NCBI GenBank assembly: GCA_013239625.1
Contig: MU053652.1
Span: 1,552,001 to 1,616,000 of the forward strand
Source: Lama guanicoe
Taxonomy: Eukaryota
Direction of reading: 5' to 3'
Length of the DNA: 64,000 nt
Shown here in pieces: positions 60,769 through 64,000 of this stretch. Positions within the stretch are counted from its first letter, which is position 1, and every line of letters starts with the position of its first letter. Made by a program: the position numbers and the translations under genes. The notes beneath the pieces were generated by a model. The model was given only the letters and a program-made list of their open reading frames with translations. It was not told the origin of the DNA and did no database searches.

Positions 60769-63309
60769 TACCCAGGACCCAGGGGTGAGTGAGAGCTGCC
60801 GTTCTGCCTGTGTTGCATTGGCCAAACAGTGTGGCTGCTCCTTGCTGAGGAAAGGTTGTCTTTTTCTTCCACCAAGATGCCTTCTGCCTACCAAGCTTTG
60901 GCCAACCGGAGAGGACACTTTCCTCAAGTCTCACCAGGTGGCCTTGTAGAGCAGTGAGCCCTGTCGTTTAACCCCTCTCCAGTCCCTTCTTCGGCCTAGC
61001 CCTCAGAGTCCCCTGGGCCACAGGGAAAGGGAGGTGATGGAGGAGCCAAGTAAGGAATGGGTTGTTGGAAGAGAGAACATAATTGACCCCAAAACACGGA
61101 GTTCCAGTGGCGACATTTCAGTGGAGGGTAAGATGCTGATTGGCACGGGGGAACATCTCTGGAACCTCTCAAACCAGACAGGTAGCCCCTGACCACCAGC
61201 TTTAGGTATCTGTTTCAGTTTCAGCCTGGGGACAGTTGTCTCTGGCCTCTCCTGCATTTTATTTCATGGGCCTGTCAGGAAGCTCTGCCCCTGCGCTGAT
61301 GGCTGTCACCCTTCGGCTTTTCGGATGGGTCTGGGGAGGAGATCTTTCCCGCAGTGTTATGAGCCTCCTGGGGTAAAGCAGCATTAGCAGTAATGTGGAA
61401 AACAGCTCCAGGGCAGCTGAGAGCTGCCTCCCCCACGGCCCCATACTTCCTTTTATCTGTCTCCTCACTGTCATTCCAGGAAACGCCGACCGCAGGGTGA
61501 GCAGTTACAGGCCACACCTGGGGCTGGCAGAAACAGACCTCAGGATGCAGATTCTGCTTCTAGACCATCCGGTGTGGATGTGGGTGCCGAGATAGGTGTT
61601 CAGAGCAGCAGGATTTCTGCCTGGGAGGTAACTCAGATACACTGGCTCCTTCAGGAACCAGAATTAGGAAGATCCTCATCTCCACGGCATGGGGGCCCTG
61701 TAGCACCCCAGAATCCTGGGCCATGCACTCCATCCAGGACTAACAAGCCAACCCCCGACTCCTGGCAGGACCACCCCTATGGGGGCTTGTTGTGGGCAGT
61801 GCCAGACCCCAGGCAAGATTTCTTTTTTGAGTCTCACCAGCATGCGAATTCCACTTCCCCTCGCATCACTTAGCCGATGCTGGGGGCGGGGCTCAGGCAC
61901 CTAATTGATTCTGTCCAGAAGGGTGTGACTCCTGATATTAATCTGCAGGGAAATGAAAACCCAGCTTTCTTGAGTTCAGAGTTTGGGGGCCCAGTGGGGT
62001 GTGTCTCCAGATGGAGGAAATGCGGCTAGAGTATCAGTGCTAACCTGAACTCCAGCAAGGTGGGGGCGGGGGCTTGCAGGTAATCGGATCACCACGTCAG
62101 CTGGAAACCTCACACCTGCCAGAGAATTTCCTCTTCTCACCTTCCTGAGCCTTCCTGCTATGAGGTGTGCTACACGAAATTGAGGGCTGATGAAGGGGCA
62201 GGGTCTGCCCCATTCCCATCCTCAGGGCTGTCTCTAGCCCTCCAGACCCTTGGCCTCCCAGTGCCCCGTATCTTGGGGCAGAGGTACCTTTAGCTACTCC
62301 TTAGGGACCAGGAATTTTGAAGGGGAGTGAGACAAACAAAGAGCCTCAAACAAATGACTCCCATCATGGCTTCTTTTTTAGAGCAAGTGTTTGCTGAGAA
62401 TGAAATCAACCCACCTAGCTTGTTATTTCTTAGTATTTTAAATAATGGTCTAGGAGTCTGATCTCCAGCACTGTGGTTCTGGATAACTTTGCCAGCTGTG
62501 ATCTGGACACGATCTCTGAATGGCTTTTCCAGCCCCAATTAACGTCCACCCTGCTAGTCCCATTAACTCTCACCAGGAGCTTTCCTGTCCAGAGAGGGGA
62601 GGCGGGCAAGCACTTAGCCTTACATACACCAGTCACTTGGGCTGCATCTCAGTTGCATGTGGGGCATTGGTTTTACACGTCCCTCCTCAGCAAACCTGCT
62701 AATAAGATTATTTTCCCTTCCTCTCCCTCCCTCCACCCGCTTCAACCTGGCCCGACTCCTGGTCAGACCTTGATTACATGTCTCATTGATTCCATTCAGC
62801 TATTTATTAATACACTAATTAGTATGTTCATTTAAAAAGGGTGACACTGCTTTTTAAAAATAAATGTACAGAGGTGCAGGTTAATGGAAATTTCTGTTTA
62901 TTTAACATTGATGTCTGGTGTGAAGAGGATTAGTTTTGGATGTTAGAATGACACAAGGGTTTTTCCCGGGTTTAAATCACTGTCACTGACAGTCACTAAC
63001 ACCCTTTGAAAGGTGACACCTAGAATCATATTGCATTTTCCTTCAGTGATCACAGGCTCTCTCCACCCATTCGGGTAGGGAAACTTGCGGGTGGCCGAGA
63101 GGGTGTGGGGCTGGCTGTACACAGTCTTTCCCAGATGGCTCTGATTATCTATACGGATGGCTGGTTGTCACGGCAGAGACAAGTGAGGCGCTCTCACTGC
63201 TCTGCTTGTAGGGCTGTCTGGAACTTTGTAATTAAAGGTCTATGAATGGTTGGACATTGCTTTTCTATGGTAGGTTTGTTCTATTTGTTCTTGAGTTGCT
63301 CATGAATGA

Positions 63310-63715
63310 TATATTAGTCAGGGTAGGTGATTTCTGTAACAAACGGTCCCAAATATCAGTGGGTTTCCACATCACAGTCCAATATTGGTTAGTATGGGGT
63401 GGGGGCAGGCATTTTGCTCTGTGTAGTCAATCAGAAACCAAGGTTCCTTCCATCTTATGGCTCCACCATCTCTAGGGCTTCTGAGGTCCCCCTGGCACTT
63501 CTGTGTCTGCTTAGGAGAGGAGGAAAGAGAAAGCATATGAAGGTAGTTCCAGAGCTGGTGTGGGAACCTGGAGGCACCCAGGCTCACTGTCTTTAAGTCC
63601 AGCAGTCCTGGGACAAGGCACCGAGAGCCTTTCTCTATGTACAGGAGCCAAGGGCAGCTGCAGACCAGCCCAGAGACAAAGCAGGGCTGAGAGAGCTGCA
63701 GGACACTGCCCATCA
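63310..63715 (-). mobile_element. MaLR LTR (old MLT1)
   Basis: TATTAGTCAGGGTAGG...GTAACAAAC...CAAATATCAGTGG...CCTTCCATCTTATGGCTCCACCATC. Confidence 0.55.
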
Positions 63716-64000
63716 GGAGAGAGAGTATGCAATGCTGCCTACTTTAGATCAAGGTAGACTTTCCTTGAGAAATCTTTCCTAACCTTGGTGGACAACAAAA
63801 CAGAGTTGTAAACTGAAAAAAGAAAGAAAGATAGCAAGTCAAAGAGAAGTTCATGAGATTCCAAAGGGAGTAGATCTGTCTTCCCGAAGTCTCTGGTGGA
63901 ATATTTTCCCTTTGGTTGGCAGGTGCTGGGCTCCTTGCACTGGGGCTAAATGGTGTCTTTATGTTACAGAGAGGAAAGCAGATTGATGTGTACGGGATGC

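Noticed and set aside
1..64000. CRISPR arrays, operons, rRNA or other prokaryotic/viral systems
   Set aside because: No regularly spaced direct repeats, gene-dense segments or foreign-composition inserts were seen; the window is consistently mammalian.

Overview
This is mammalian (eutherian) genomic DNA, most likely camelid: three copies of a tRNA-Ala-derived SINE resemble the camelid vic-1 family, and I saw no Alu, Bov-A/BovB or PRE-1 SINEs. No cellular protein-coding exon is recognisable. The first ~38 kb is intergenic and repeat-dense (MIR, L2, CR1/L3, old and young L1, MLT1/MER21 LTRs, hAT and Tigger DNA transposons), with a 511-N assembly gap inside a young L1. A ~2 kb CpG island (~39.7-41.8 kb) looks like the TATA-less promoter and long non-coding first exon of a + strand gene, with a splice donor CAG|GTAAGG at 41089/41090. 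The remaining ~23 kb is most simply intron 1, and I cannot identify the gene. The only recognisable protein homology is retroelement-derived (L1 ORF2, traces of CR1 RT). I found no convincing novel biological system. The best leads are regulatory: a uORF- and G4-loaded leader, candidate enhancers, a CTCF-like site, a MER41-like LTR with a STAT (GAS) motif, and a possible retroposed polyadenylated LTR fragment. Repeat family names come from recalled consensus sequences, not from a search, and boundaries are approximate unless TSDs are given.
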